DNA of 64,000 nucleotides from Rickettsiales bacterium (GCA_018969185.1 JAGWYT010000001.1:13959-77958), one strand, 5' to 3'; positions 36,485 to 46,900 are shown, counted from the stretch's first letter. Notes: generated by a model from the sequence alone, not told the origin. Numbers and translations: made by a program.

Positions 36485-36509
36485 AAAAACGTGCTAAACG
36501 CACGTTTTT
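36485..36509. terminator. Rho-independent terminator after sensor paralog 2
   Basis: aaaaacgtgc-taaac-gcacgttttt: a perfect 10-bp stem with flanking A and T runs, 8 nt after the stop. Confidence 0.65.
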
Positions 36510-36518
36510 AGATTAAAG

Positions 36519-36830
36519 CGGGGCTTGAGCGACGGAGATTTATCTCCGGCAAATTGACCTAAACGGTCAATTTGAGCGAATAGTGAGCATGAGCGACAGC
36601 GAATCTCGGGGGTAATGGAGCTATGCTCCCGCTCCAGTGCGAGTCGTCTTTGAGGCTTGAGCGACGGAAATGAAGCCATTCTTTAGAATGGCAAAATTTC
36701 CGACAAATTAGCCTTAATGGCTAATTTGAGCGAATAGCTGGTTTGGCTGTTAAGCTAAACCCAGAGTCAGAACGAGGCCGAGAAAAGCGACGAAGCGATT
36801 TTAGAGCTTCGACGAAGAGAATCTTGTGGT
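36519..36830. repeat. GC-enriched tandem/hairpin repeat region rich in GAGCGA
   Basis: Two tandem units: ggcttgagcgacgga-[hairpin]-caaatt-[hairpin]-aatttgagcgaatag (36522-36585 and 36653-36736). The GAGCGA/AGCGA core recurs at least 8 times. The region is visibly GC-richer than its surroundings. ORF 36494..36679(-) is an artefact of it. Confidence 0.6.
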
Positions 36831-36933
36831 AATTGTATAAATAAAATTATTTAAAAAGAGTTGTTGTTAATTAGCAAATAGCACTGTATCCTGTAAGATA
36901 CAAAAAATGTAAATATCACCACTAAAATTTACC

Positions 36934-37257
36934 ATGAATATAGAAGAAATCAGAATTCTGATTTATAGAACTAATAGAGGAGTAGAGCCTTTTAATAACT
37001 GGCTACATAACCTTGACAGTGTTTCGATAGAAAGAGTTTTGAGAAGAATTAATAGAGTTAGGTTTGGCAATTTTGGTGATTATAAAAATATTGGAAATGG
37101 AATCTTTGAATTAAGATTAGATTTTGATGGTGGATATAGGATTTATTTTACTATGAGTAACAAAAAAGAAATAGTTATTTTAAATGGCGGTAATAAAAAA
37201 ACTCAAAGACAGGATATAAAAAAAGCGATAGAATATTTGGAGGAATATGAAAAATAA
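36934..37257 (+). CDS. RelE/HigB-type addiction-module killer protein (Gp49/DUF891-like)
   Basis: 107 aa. EPFNNWLHNLD...RINRVRFGNFGDYKNIGNGIFELRLDFDGGYRIYF...IVILNGGNKKTQRQDIKKA matches the TIGR02683 'addiction module killer' pattern. The toxin-first order is typical of HigBA pairs. Confidence 0.85.
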   Translation: MNIEEIRILIYRTNRGVEPFNNWLHNLDSVSIERVLRRINRVRFGNFGDYKNIGNGIFELRLDFDGGYRIYFTMSNKKEIVILNGGNKKTQRQDIKKAIEYLEEYEK

Positions 37258-37579
37258 AAAACAGAAAATTAAACTTAGAAGTTTTGATGAACTTGCTATT
37301 GAGCATTTTAAAAAAGATAAAAAATTAGCTGATGCTTTTTTAAATAATGCTTTAAAAGAATATCAAAAAGATAATGATGAAAGAGTTTTGTTAGTTGCCT
37401 TGAGACAGGTTGCTATGGCTAGTGGTGGCTTTCAAGAATTATCAAAAAAAACAGGGCTTTCTAGAGAAAGTCTTTATAAAACATTGTCAATGAATGGTAA
37501 TCCAAAATTTCAAACTCTAAAAATTATATTAGAAAATTTGGGTTATATTTTTACTATAAAAAAAATAAAAAGTGTCTAA
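37247..37579 (+). CDS. HigA-type addiction-module antidote protein (HTH)
   Basis: 110 aa. LRQVAMASGGFQELSKKTGLSRESLYKTLSMNGNPKFQTLKIILENLGY matches the TIGR02684 antidote pattern. Overlaps the toxin gene by 11 nt. Confidence 0.85.
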   Translation: MKNKKQKIKLRSFDELAIEHFKKDKKLADAFLNNALKEYQKDNDERVLLVALRQVAMASGGFQELSKKTGLSRESLYKTLSMNGNPKFQTLKIILENLGYIFTIKKIKSV

Positions 37580-37600
37580 CTAAAATTAAATAATTCAACT

Positions 37601-38776
37601 ATGACAACAGAGACCAAAGTTAAAAAATCGCCTTTTTCAGTTTTGTTTGTTGATGATGAAGATCAAGCAAGGAAGTATTTTGAGAAGGGATTGAAGAACG
37701 ATTTTAATGTAATGTTGGCATCGTCAGTTGATGAAGCACAAACAATAATTAAGCAATATAATCATAGCATTGCTGTTGTAATAACTGACCAAAGAATGCC
37801 CGGAGGCAATGGTGTGAAGCTTTTAACTTTCTTACGTGAAAATTATCCACATATTATAAGACTTTTGACCACCGCTTATTCAGATCTTGCTGATGCAATT
37901 GAAGCGGTTAATAGTGGTGAAATTTTGCGTTATATTCAAAAGCCGTGGGATTATAATATGTTAAAATCTGAAGTTAGACAAGCGCTTGAGCTTTTTGAAT
38001 TGCGCCTTGAGAGAAATCAGATGATGTATGAAAAAATCATGGTTAAAAGAAAAATGGCGAAAGTTGAAAGAGTGAAAGCTTTGATGTTGCTTGCTAAATC
38101 TTTTTCATTTTTAAATTCTGCCGATATTGCGGTTAATAATTTTATCAAAGAATTTACTCAAAATATTAATGATTTAGAAGATGAGCGTGACTTTGAATCC
38201 TTTGATTTCGGCAATCAAGACGTGCTTGAAACAAAATTCATGCTTGATTTATTTACAAGAATTCAACAAGAAATTTCCCTAAAAAATAATTATAATTTTG
38301 ATGAGGAAGTTAATTCAGATTCTCTAAAATTACTTTTTGAAAACTTGAATAAAAATACTAATTCTAACCTTCAAATCAATGTTTCAGAAGGGGTGGTTGG
38401 TAAAGTTAGTTCAAGTGGATTTTCAATTTTAGCAAAAAAATTATTAGAGCTTGCGGCATCGTCAAAATCGGTTTCATCAATTGCCATAACAAAAGCAGAA
38501 AATGGTTTTGCTATTACGCTAAATGCTGGACAAATTTTGCTTGAAAAAAATAGTAATCTTTTTGTGGTAAATCCAAGTAAAGTTTTAGAGCAATTTTATG
38601 TTGATATATTAATGTGCTACGTAATTGCGGCGCATCATGGTGGGGTTTTAGAATATTCGTTCGTGAATGATAATTTGAGCTTGAATATAAAGTTGCCAAA
38701 TAATCCTGAAAATTCTCTTTTACCTAAGAGAACAAAAGAAGAGATGGATAATGTTATTTTGTCTGTAATGCTTTAG
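37601..38776 (+). CDS. Receiver protein with a degenerate kinase-like C-terminal domain (PhcQ/PhcR-like)
   Basis: 391 aa. REC VLFVDDEDQ...VVITDQRMPGGNG...RLLTTAYSD...IQKPWD, the same subtype as REC1 of 9852..11858. The C-terminal ~230 aa have no H-box and end in an HATPase-like remnant (AAHHGGVLEYSFVNDNLSLNIKLP). Confidence 0.8.
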   Translation: MTTETKVKKSPFSVLFVDDEDQARKYFEKGLKNDFNVMLASSVDEAQTIIKQYNHSIAVVITDQRMPGGNGVKLLTFLRENYPHIIRLLTTAYSDLADAIEAVNSGEILRYIQKPWDYNMLKSEVRQALELFELRLERNQMMYEKIMVKRKMAKVERVKALMLLAKSFSFLNSADIAVNNFIKEFTQNINDLEDERDFESFDFGNQDVLETKFMLDLFTRIQQEISLKNNYNFDEEVNSDSLKLLFENLNKNTNSNLQINVSEGVVGKVSSSGFSILAKKLLELAASSKSVSSIAITKAENGFAITLNAGQILLEKNSNLFVVNPSKVLEQFYVDILMCYVIAAHHGGVLEYSFVNDNLSLNIKLPNNPENSLLPKRTKEEMDNVILSVML

Positions 38777-38867
38777 TTCAAATTCAAACTGCGTTTGAAT
38801 AAAACAAAGGGGTATAATAAAAAGACCTGACCCCTTTTTCTGAAGATTATCCCATCAAACACAAATT

Positions 38868-38979
38868 GTCATCCTGAGCCTTACAATCGCTTTTAGCGAT
38901 TGTTGGCGAAGGATCTCTTAAAGAAGCATGAGATCTTTCGTCAAGAATTTGTAAAACAAATTCTATGACTCAAGATGAC
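38868..38979. repeat. Palindromic element family C, copy C2 (nested in another palindrome)
   Basis: gtcatcctgagcc-[acaatcgcttttagcgattgt]-ggcgaaggatctc..gagatctttcg-[agaatttgtaaaacaaattct]-ctcaagatgac. The flanks gattatccc...aacaca / tgtgtgtt..gggataat are themselves inverted. Confidence 0.8.
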
Positions 38980-39093
38980 AGCATGTGTGTTAAGGGATAA
39001 TTACCCTTTTTCTTCTTAAATTTCCTTGTAATTATATAACTCTATTATAATATTTTTGTATATCATAACTAATACATTCAATATACACCAAAA

Positions 39094-39363
39094 ATGAACC
39101 TTATCATCGAGTGGAGCAGTGAGAAAAATGATTTGTTGAAAAAGACTAGAAATATGTCTTTTGAAGATGTGGAGGATGCAATATTAAATGATGAGATCAT
39201 TGATATTATTCCTCATCACAATCAAAAATTATATCCAAATCAGGAAATTTTGATTGTCAGAATAAATAATTATGTTTGCTATGTTCCTTTTGTAATAGAA
39301 GGCAAAACAATGTTTTTAAAAACCATTATTCCAAGCAGAAAATTTAACAAGAAACTAAAATAA
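39094..39363 (+). CDS. BrnT-like (DUF497/COG2929) toxin
   Basis: 89 aa. IEWSSEKNDLLKKTRNMSFEDVEDAI parallels the BrnT motif 'f.WDe.K...N..KHg.sFeea', and the C-terminal FLKTIIPSRKFNKK parallels the 'IISaR.a' motif. Followed 2 nt later by a BrnA-like gene. Confidence 0.7.
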   Translation: MNLIIEWSSEKNDLLKKTRNMSFEDVEDAILNDEIIDIIPHHNQKLYPNQEILIVRINNYVCYVPFVIEGKTMFLKTIIPSRKFNKKLK

Positions 39364-39365
39364 AT

Positions 39366-39644
39366 ATGAAAAAGAATAAATACACAGCAGAAGAGTTGAA
39401 GATTGTTGATTACATAGAAAAGAAAAATCCAAAAAGTATCACAAACTTAAATTCCAGAATTAAAAACATTAAAAAAGCTACAGAAATTAAGGTTTCAAAA
39501 AGAAAGCCAATTAACATCAGATTCTTGGAAGATGATTTACGCAAAATCAAAAAACAAGCTATGCATGAAGGAATTCCATACCAAACCTTAATTAGCAGCA
39601 TTATTCACAAATATCTAAATGGTTCGATGGTTTTGAAAAATTAG
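39366..39644 (+). CDS. BrnA-like (COG3514) antitoxin
   Basis: 92 aa. KPINIRFLEDDLRKIKKQAMHEGIPYQTLISSIIHKYLNG matches the ribbon-helix-helix BrnA C-terminal pattern (..isiRl....l..lK..A...G.pYQtli..). Confidence 0.75.
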   Translation: MKKNKYTAEELKIVDYIEKKNPKSITNLNSRIKNIKKATEIKVSKRKPINIRFLEDDLRKIKKQAMHEGIPYQTLISSIIHKYLNGSMVLKN

Positions 39645-39651
39645 TGTCGGA

Positions 39652-39891
39652 GTGTCGGGCTTTGACCCCTTTAAGTATTGTAAACCGCAAGATTGGAATA
39701 GCGGAGATAAAATTTATATTATGGATGTGATAACAGCACTTCCAGCACAAAAAGAATTTTTCAAGCAGTTACAAGAAAGTAAATTTAAAGATCAAAAAGT
39801 TCATATTTTGAAGCCAAAAATTGATGATAAGGGAAATATTAATGGGTTTGTGAAACAGTTGCTTACAGAGGTTTTGAATGAAAATAAATAA
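39652..39891 (+). pseudogene. Truncated relic of an RTX-toxin-activating lysine acyltransferase (HlyC/RtxC family, C-terminal half only)
   Basis: 79 aa from a GTG start. PQDWNSGDKIYIMDVITALPAQKEFFKQLQESKFKDQKVHILKP parallels the HlyC segment [20 protein letters not shown]...LYKYMRKKFPDELFRAIRV (recalled from memory, not aligned computationally). The N-terminal half is missing. The first 8 codons are encoded by the repeat terminus gtgtcgggctttgacccctttaag. Confidence 0.55.
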
Positions 39892-39982
39892 TCTCTTTTG
39901 TCATGCCGTCTTTAGGATGGCATCTAATTTTTAACCAAAAAAATTATAAGAAATAATAACTCTAAAATTTAATTAAGAATTT

Positions 39983-40969
39983 ATGCAAACACTGATTATA
40001 GTTGGGATTGGAATATTAATAGTTGGAATTGTTTTGTTTAATTTAGAAAAAATAAAGAAAGCAGTTAATGGTAAAGATTTAATAAAAAAATCTCTCTATT
40101 TGGCTGTATTGTTTGGAGCAATTGAGCTTCTTCATTATTTACTTAAAGAAATAATTTATCTTGAAGCAATAGTAATTTTATCAACCTTCATAGTCGGTTA
40201 TCTAATTATCATATCATTATTTATTGCGAAGAAGCGAAGTAATTTCTTTATCAGACATTATATTCTGACATTTTTTCTTGGGATTGTTGTTTATAACTAT
40301 GTGACTTATCCAAGCTATACTTATCGTTATAAAATGACTGTTGAGGTTGAAACTCCAGAAGGGTTGAAAAGTGGGTCGAGTGTTATTGAGGTGCATACTG
40401 AACAATGGAATAGTTGGATGACAATGTTGTCTAATGGATATAATGGAGACAGTATAGCTTATGGTGGAGCTATATGGATTGATTTAGAAAAAGGTGAGAG
40501 TCTTTTGGTTTTATTGGAAAAAGGTCAAGATGTAGATCATGCAAACTATATGTTACCATGTGCTGTTCCAATGAAGGAATGGAATGTTGATCGGAGTAGA
40601 CCTGATGAAGATGAAAAAGCTTGTTACGGAATAAGGAACAGAAAAGCAAGGCAATATTATGGAACTTTAAAAAATGCAAAAGGGATTCTTCCAGAGAAGA
40701 AGTTACCAACAATGCTTAGTATTATACAAAGCAGTAATGATGAAACGATAGTTGATGAAGTGACTCCAAGTAATATCGTAAATGCATTTGGTGAAGGTGT
40801 AAAATTCAAAAATATTACTATTGAAACAACAGACGATATTGTGGGTAATATGAAAAATATTCCTATGTGGTCACAAATAGAGCGTTACATGACATATTAC
40901 AGGTATAAACCATATAAGAAAGAAACTTTTATAAAAGGTATTTTTAAACCACAAAATAATAAACTATAA
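39983..40969 (+). CDS. Membrane-anchored hypothetical protein
   Basis: 328 aa. Four N-terminal hydrophobic helices, then a soluble domain (YRYKMTVEVETPEGLKSGSSVIEV...) with no motif I recognise. Ends 12 nt before the RTX gene. Confidence 0.6.
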   Translation: MQTLIIVGIGILIVGIVLFNLEKIKKAVNGKDLIKKSLYLAVLFGAIELLHYLLKEIIYLEAIVILSTFIVGYLIIISLFIAKKRSNFFIRHYILTFFLGIVVYNYVTYPSYTYRYKMTVEVETPEGLKSGSSVIEVHTEQWNSWMTMLSNGYNGDSIAYGGAIWIDLEKGESLLVLLEKGQDVDHANYMLPCAVPMKEWNVDRSRPDEDEKACYGIRNRKARQYYGTLKNAKGILPEKKLPTMLSIIQSSNDETIVDEVTPSNIVNAFGEGVKFKNITIETTDDIVGNMKNIPMWSQIERYMTYYRYKPYKKETFIKGIFKPQNNKL

Positions 40970-40981
40970 AGGAGAAAAAAT

Positions 40982-43900
40982 ATGAACAAAGATTTAATGA
41001 ATGCCATTTTGGCAATGGATGCTTATAATCGTGGATATGTTCCAAAAATTAATGATGGTAGTGTGATTGGAAATGAGATTGGAAATGCTGTTATTGGTTC
41101 TGATTCTAAAGATCTAGGAAACAATGTAAATGGAGAAAGAGTTGACCAATCCTCCAGCTTCTACGCCATCTCTTACACTTATGGTGGTGAAACAATTATT
41201 TCTTATCGTGGAACTGATAAAATATCAGACGATCTAACAACTGGCTGGACTCTTGGAGTTGGGGTTTACAATTCAGATCAAGCAATATTAGCGGCGAGAT
41301 TTTATCAGATGGTTTTAGCAGGTGATTCAGATCCTAATAATGATATTTTTGATAATAATGTATCATTTACTGGGCACTCTCTTGGTGGGGGTCTTGCGGC
41401 ATTTATGGCAAGCATTTATTCAAAAGAGGCTGAAGTTTTTGATCACATGCCTTATGAGCTTGCAGCAGATTTTCTTGAAATGATAACTAATGATCCAAGC
41501 AGCGTTTTATATGATGCAACTGCTGCTTATAGATATTATGGTAGCCAACCAACAAGAGAGGTAAATAATTCTGATGTTACTGCTTATGCCACATCTGGAG
41601 AAATATTATATACGGTTAGAGAGGCTGCAGAAGCAAACAGATTACTTACTGAACTTCCAAATCCTTTATATAAAAATCCTCTTGATTACACAGCGGTTGA
41701 TTATTTAAATCCGGGAGAATTTGAAGGATCATATGACCTTCACAGCCAAGCGTTATTAGTAACTCTTCTTTATGCAAAAACAGAAAAAGAAGCAGGTCGT
41801 CTTACTGATGATTGGAAGAATGCAGCAAATTCATTTATAGATGCATTATTTGAAGATGATGTGGCGCATTCAATATCATCTTCTTTAAGTGCAGACCAAA
41901 TGCTCAACAAAATCGCTTATTCTGCAATTGATGAAGGAACAAGAGTTTTTGGAGATGTGGCAATAAAAGCACTTTTCAATGATGCTAATGATTTGGGTAA
42001 GGCAGTTGGAGTATCAAATGTGTCAAGCGTCATAAGCAGCTTAGTAGGTTATGACATTCAAAGTGCTGTAAGTAAAATGCTTGTGCAGTTCGCTGCTAAA
42101 TTAGCTCAAGATAAAGTTCTTTATTCAAGCAATTCACAGGCAATTGAAGGAATGCTAAAATTATCTTCTAACTCTGATGCCTTAACTATCAATCTATCAT
42201 CAACAATTTGGGGAACTTTAAATCCATTTGAGAAATCTCAAATGCTAAATGATCTTTACAATAAATTTGGCATAACAGACGCCTCAATTATGCCAAGTGC
42301 CAGCGATGTAGAAAATATTGTTTTATCAACAACTAACAACGGCTCAAACTACAATGGTGATTTATTAGAAAACATTAGCGGAGCTAATTTATTATTCGGT
42401 GCTGATGGCATTGACAACATCAGCGGTAGTATTAGCAATGATATAATAATTGGTGGAAAAGGAAATGATGAACTTGAAGGTGGAAGTGGCACCGACACTT
42501 ACCTTTTCAATGGTGAATATGACAAAGATACAATAACAGATTCAGATGGTGAGGGTGTGATTAAGATTAATAACAAGTCAATTACAGGAACAGCTTATTT
42601 GATTAATGACGGGAATAATAATCTTTATCAACTCACAATTGGAAGTGAGATTTATCTTTTGACTAAGGTGGATAATGGTTCGTCAGGTTATGATTTGGTG
42701 ATTGTGAATAATGGTGATTCTTACAATGAGGGTGGGAGTGTTGTAAATCAAGTTACTGTGAAGGATTTTAGTAGTGGGGATTTGGGGATTGTGCTGAGTG
42801 ATGAGGTTGATGATGGGTCTGATGGAAGTTTCCCGATTTATTATGTTTATAATGGAACGAGTGGTGATGATAAAATGAGTTCTTTATTATCAGACAATGC
42901 TGTATTCTATGGAGATGCTGGAAATGACTTAATTTTTATTGGTAATTATAGTGTAGCATATGCTGGTTCTGGGAACGATACTATATATGCTAGAGGTAAT
43001 GACATTATTTATGGTGGAAGCGGTAATGATTACATAATATCAGAAAGCTATGATGGTAATGTATATGTTTTTAATAGAGGAGATGGTAATGATATAATCG
43101 ATAGTTATGTTAGTCACATAAGTAGCAATACTATTTATTTTGGTGATGGCATAACAAAAGATGATGTATATTTTGTTGTTGCTCCTGTTACTAGTGGGTA
43201 TTTTGATGGTTATTATAATCTTCTTGTAAAGTTTAAGGACAGTGATACAGATCAACTTCGTATTAAAGATAATTTTATTTCTCATAGGTATGCAATACCA
43301 TCAACAATTACTGACATGGAGTTTTCTGATGGTTCAACAATTGATTTAACGTCTGCTGATTTTGTACTAAATATAAATGGCACTGATGGTAATGATGATA
43401 TTGTTTATCTTTATACAAACAATTCTTTGTTTATAGATGCTGGCGCAGGAAATGATCAAATAATTACTGGAGGTAATAAAAGTAATATTATTATTGCTGG
43501 ACTTGGTAATGATTATATTCAGTCAGATGGAAGTTCTGATGATACTTATGTTTTTAATAAGGGTGATGGTAATGATGCTATATATGATTATGGTGGTGGA
43601 ACGGATACGATAAAATTTGGCGAAGGAATTACCCTTGATGATATTTATTTTACCAGTCCAAGTGATGAATATGGGAGTCGTTATCATGCAATTATTAATT
43701 TTTGGAATAGCCCAGAAGACAGCATTCAATTAAATTGGTATTTTGATAATAATGGACATAAAATCGAATATCTTCAATTCTCCGATGGTTCAGTTGTAAG
43801 TCTTGCAAGCCTTCATCCAGAAAACACGACATATGAATTTAGCAAAGGTCAAGGGTCATATATTATTAATGATTCTTCAGGTGCTAATCAAATTGTTTTT

Positions 43901-46900
43901 GGTGCAGGGATAACTAAGGATGATATTAACTTGGTTGCGAGTGGTAATGATTTGCTTGTTAATTTTGCAAGTAGTCCATCTGATCAGATCAAAATAACTA
44001 ATTATTCTGTTTCTAACTTTGTTAATATTGAATCTTTAAAATTCTCTGATGGCTCAACATTTAGTTTTTTTGATTTTGTGGTTGAGGAGAACGGTACAAG
44101 TGGAGATGATGCTTTATTTGCTGAGAGAAGTGATATAAAATATGTTATTAATGCTGGTTCTGGTAATGATAATTTAGCTGTAGGTAATAATAGCGATGTT
44201 GTTGCTGATATGGGAGCTGGTGATGATTTTGTTTCTATCGATTATTCTTATGCAGGAAGTGCGAATATCAATGGTGGTGATGGCAATGATACAATTTATG
44301 GTTATCAATCAATTACTAGTGTTACAATTGATGGTGGTAATGGCGATGATTACATTAGCGGTGGAGAAGCTAATGATACTCTAAGTGGTGGTGCAGGTAA
44401 CGACACAATTTATTCTAATGGTGGGAATGATATTATTGATGGTGGTGCTGGAGTTGATGATATTCATGGTGAAGATGGCAATGATATAATAAATGCTGGA
44501 AGCGGTAATGATATAATTTATGGTGATGCAGGCGATGACAATATTAATGGTGGTGATGGCAATGATGCAATTTATGGTGGCGGTGGAAATAATATTCTAA
44601 CTGGTGGCGTAGGTTCTGATTCATTTGTGATTACAAGTGATTCACAAATTGATACCATTACAGATTTTGATTTGGTTAATGATAAGATTGATGTTTCTTC
44701 GTTAGGATTAAATAAATATTTTTCAGATTTAAATATTTACCAAGATGGCGCCAATGCTGTTATTGAAGTTTCTGACAAGAAAATAATTTTACAAAATATT
44801 AATTTTGCTGCGCTTAGTGAAAATAATTTTAAAGGTTTATTAAAAGATGGTGGATATGCAATAAGTGGAACTAATCATGATGATGTTTTTTATAACAATT
44901 ACTCAAGAAGTTATTCTCTTGATGGAGCGTTATATAATGACAGCTACGTAATTAATGGTTATGGCGGCGATGATTATATTGAGGATAGCTATGGTGATAG
45001 GGATATTCTTGATGGTGGAGATGGCAATGACACTCTGGTAAGCCGATATGGTGGTGCAACTTTAATTGGTGGAGCTGGTTCTGATGAGTTTGTTTTTTCT
45101 TATTTCGATAATGATATTTTTGATGCAATAACAAATACAATTACTGATTTTGATGTTAATGATCCTAATGAAAAAATTGTTCTTAATGGTTCTGGTATTA
45201 GCAGATTTTCTGATTTAGAAATTGTTGATCAATCTTCTTTATCTCTTAGCAGCACAGTTGCAGATGCAATGCCTTTTAAAGGCAATAATACTCTTAAAGT
45301 TGCTGTGGCTGATAGTGCTGAAGGTGCGGTAATAACTTACACAACTTATTCATATTATGGTTATTATTCTGTTACTAATACCATAATTCTTGAAGGAGTT
45401 TTAGCAAGTGAGTTAAGTGCAAGTAATTTTCAGATTGGCACCACAATTAATGGCACTTCTGAAGATGAAGTTTTTGATTATTCTGATATGACGAATAATT
45501 ATTACATTAGTGGCTATGGTGGAAATGATCAGGTTTATACAGGTTTTGGCGATGATTATGTTTATGTTAGCTCTGGTGATGATATTGTAAATGCTGGTGC
45601 AGGAAATGATGAGATTTACGCTTGGGGTGGCAATGATGTTGTGCATGGCGGTGCGGGTGATGATTATATTAGTTCAGAATATGGTTCATCAGGTGAAACA
45701 GCTCAAATTTATGGTGAGGAAGGGAATGACTGGATATATGTAAGTGAGACAGAAGCAAGACAGGAAGTATCTGGTGGTGGTGGAAATGATTTAATTGATT
45801 TAAATGCGTCTGCATCTTTAGTTAATGGTGATGCAGGTGATGATGTTATTAATCTAATTTCTGGTGGAAGTAATGAAGTTAATGGTGGTGATGATAATGA
45901 TATAATTAACATTTATGGTGGCGCTTCGGGCAATGATATCAGAGGTGGAAGTGGCAATGATGTTTTTGTGATTAGAGCAGATAAATATAACAATTTGCTA
46001 AGTGGTAATTACAATTACATAAATGATTTTGACGTAAATAATTCAAATGAAAAAATAGATTTTCAATTTTTGAATATTCAATTTGAAGATTTAGAAATTT
46101 ATCAAGATGGTGATTACGCTTATGTTGATTATTTTCTTGGTGAGTTAGGTTCTGGAAGTATTATACTTAAGGATGTTGATTCATCACAACTGACTGCAAA
46201 TAATTTTATTTTCAAAAATAATGGAACTGCTGGTGATGATGTAATTGTAGCAGCTAATAAATATAATGTTATTGATGGCGGAAATGGTAATGACGAAATT
46301 GTAATTGCGGCAATTGATGGTGACTATAACAGCAATTCTCCGCTTGAAAGCTATTTAACTGGCGGTGCTGGCGTTGATACATTCATCATTAATAAAACAT
46401 CTAATTCAAAAATTGAAATTTCTGATTTTGAAAGTTCTGTGGGAGAGAAAATTAAGCTTAACGATTTTACCAACGTCAAATCTTTTGCAGATCTTTATAT
46501 TAGATATTTGAACAATGGTGATTCTTATGATGCCTCTGTAACTCTTGAAGATGGGCAAGTTCTTACAATAAAGAATATTGAAAATAATTCACTAACAGCA
46601 AGTGATTTTGAATTCACAAAAAGCAATCATGCACCAACAGTAAGTAATCCAATTTCAAATCAAGAGGCGAGGGTTGTTAATTTTTTTAGTTTTATAATTC
46701 CTTCTGATGCGTTTGTTGATGTTGATGGAGATAACTTAACTTATGATGTTACTTTATCTGATGGTTCAGCACTGCCAAGTTATTTAACTTTTGATGAAGA
46801 AACTAGGACTCTAAGTGGACGCATTCAAGGCTATTTACTTGGGCATACAATTTCACTTAAAGTTACTGCAAGTGATGGAGAGTTAAGTGTCAGTCAAAAT

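Noticed and set aside
36519-36830. Possible CRISPR array
   Set aside because: There are only two loosely tandem units of unequal length, no regular repeat-spacer periodicity and no cas genes in the window.
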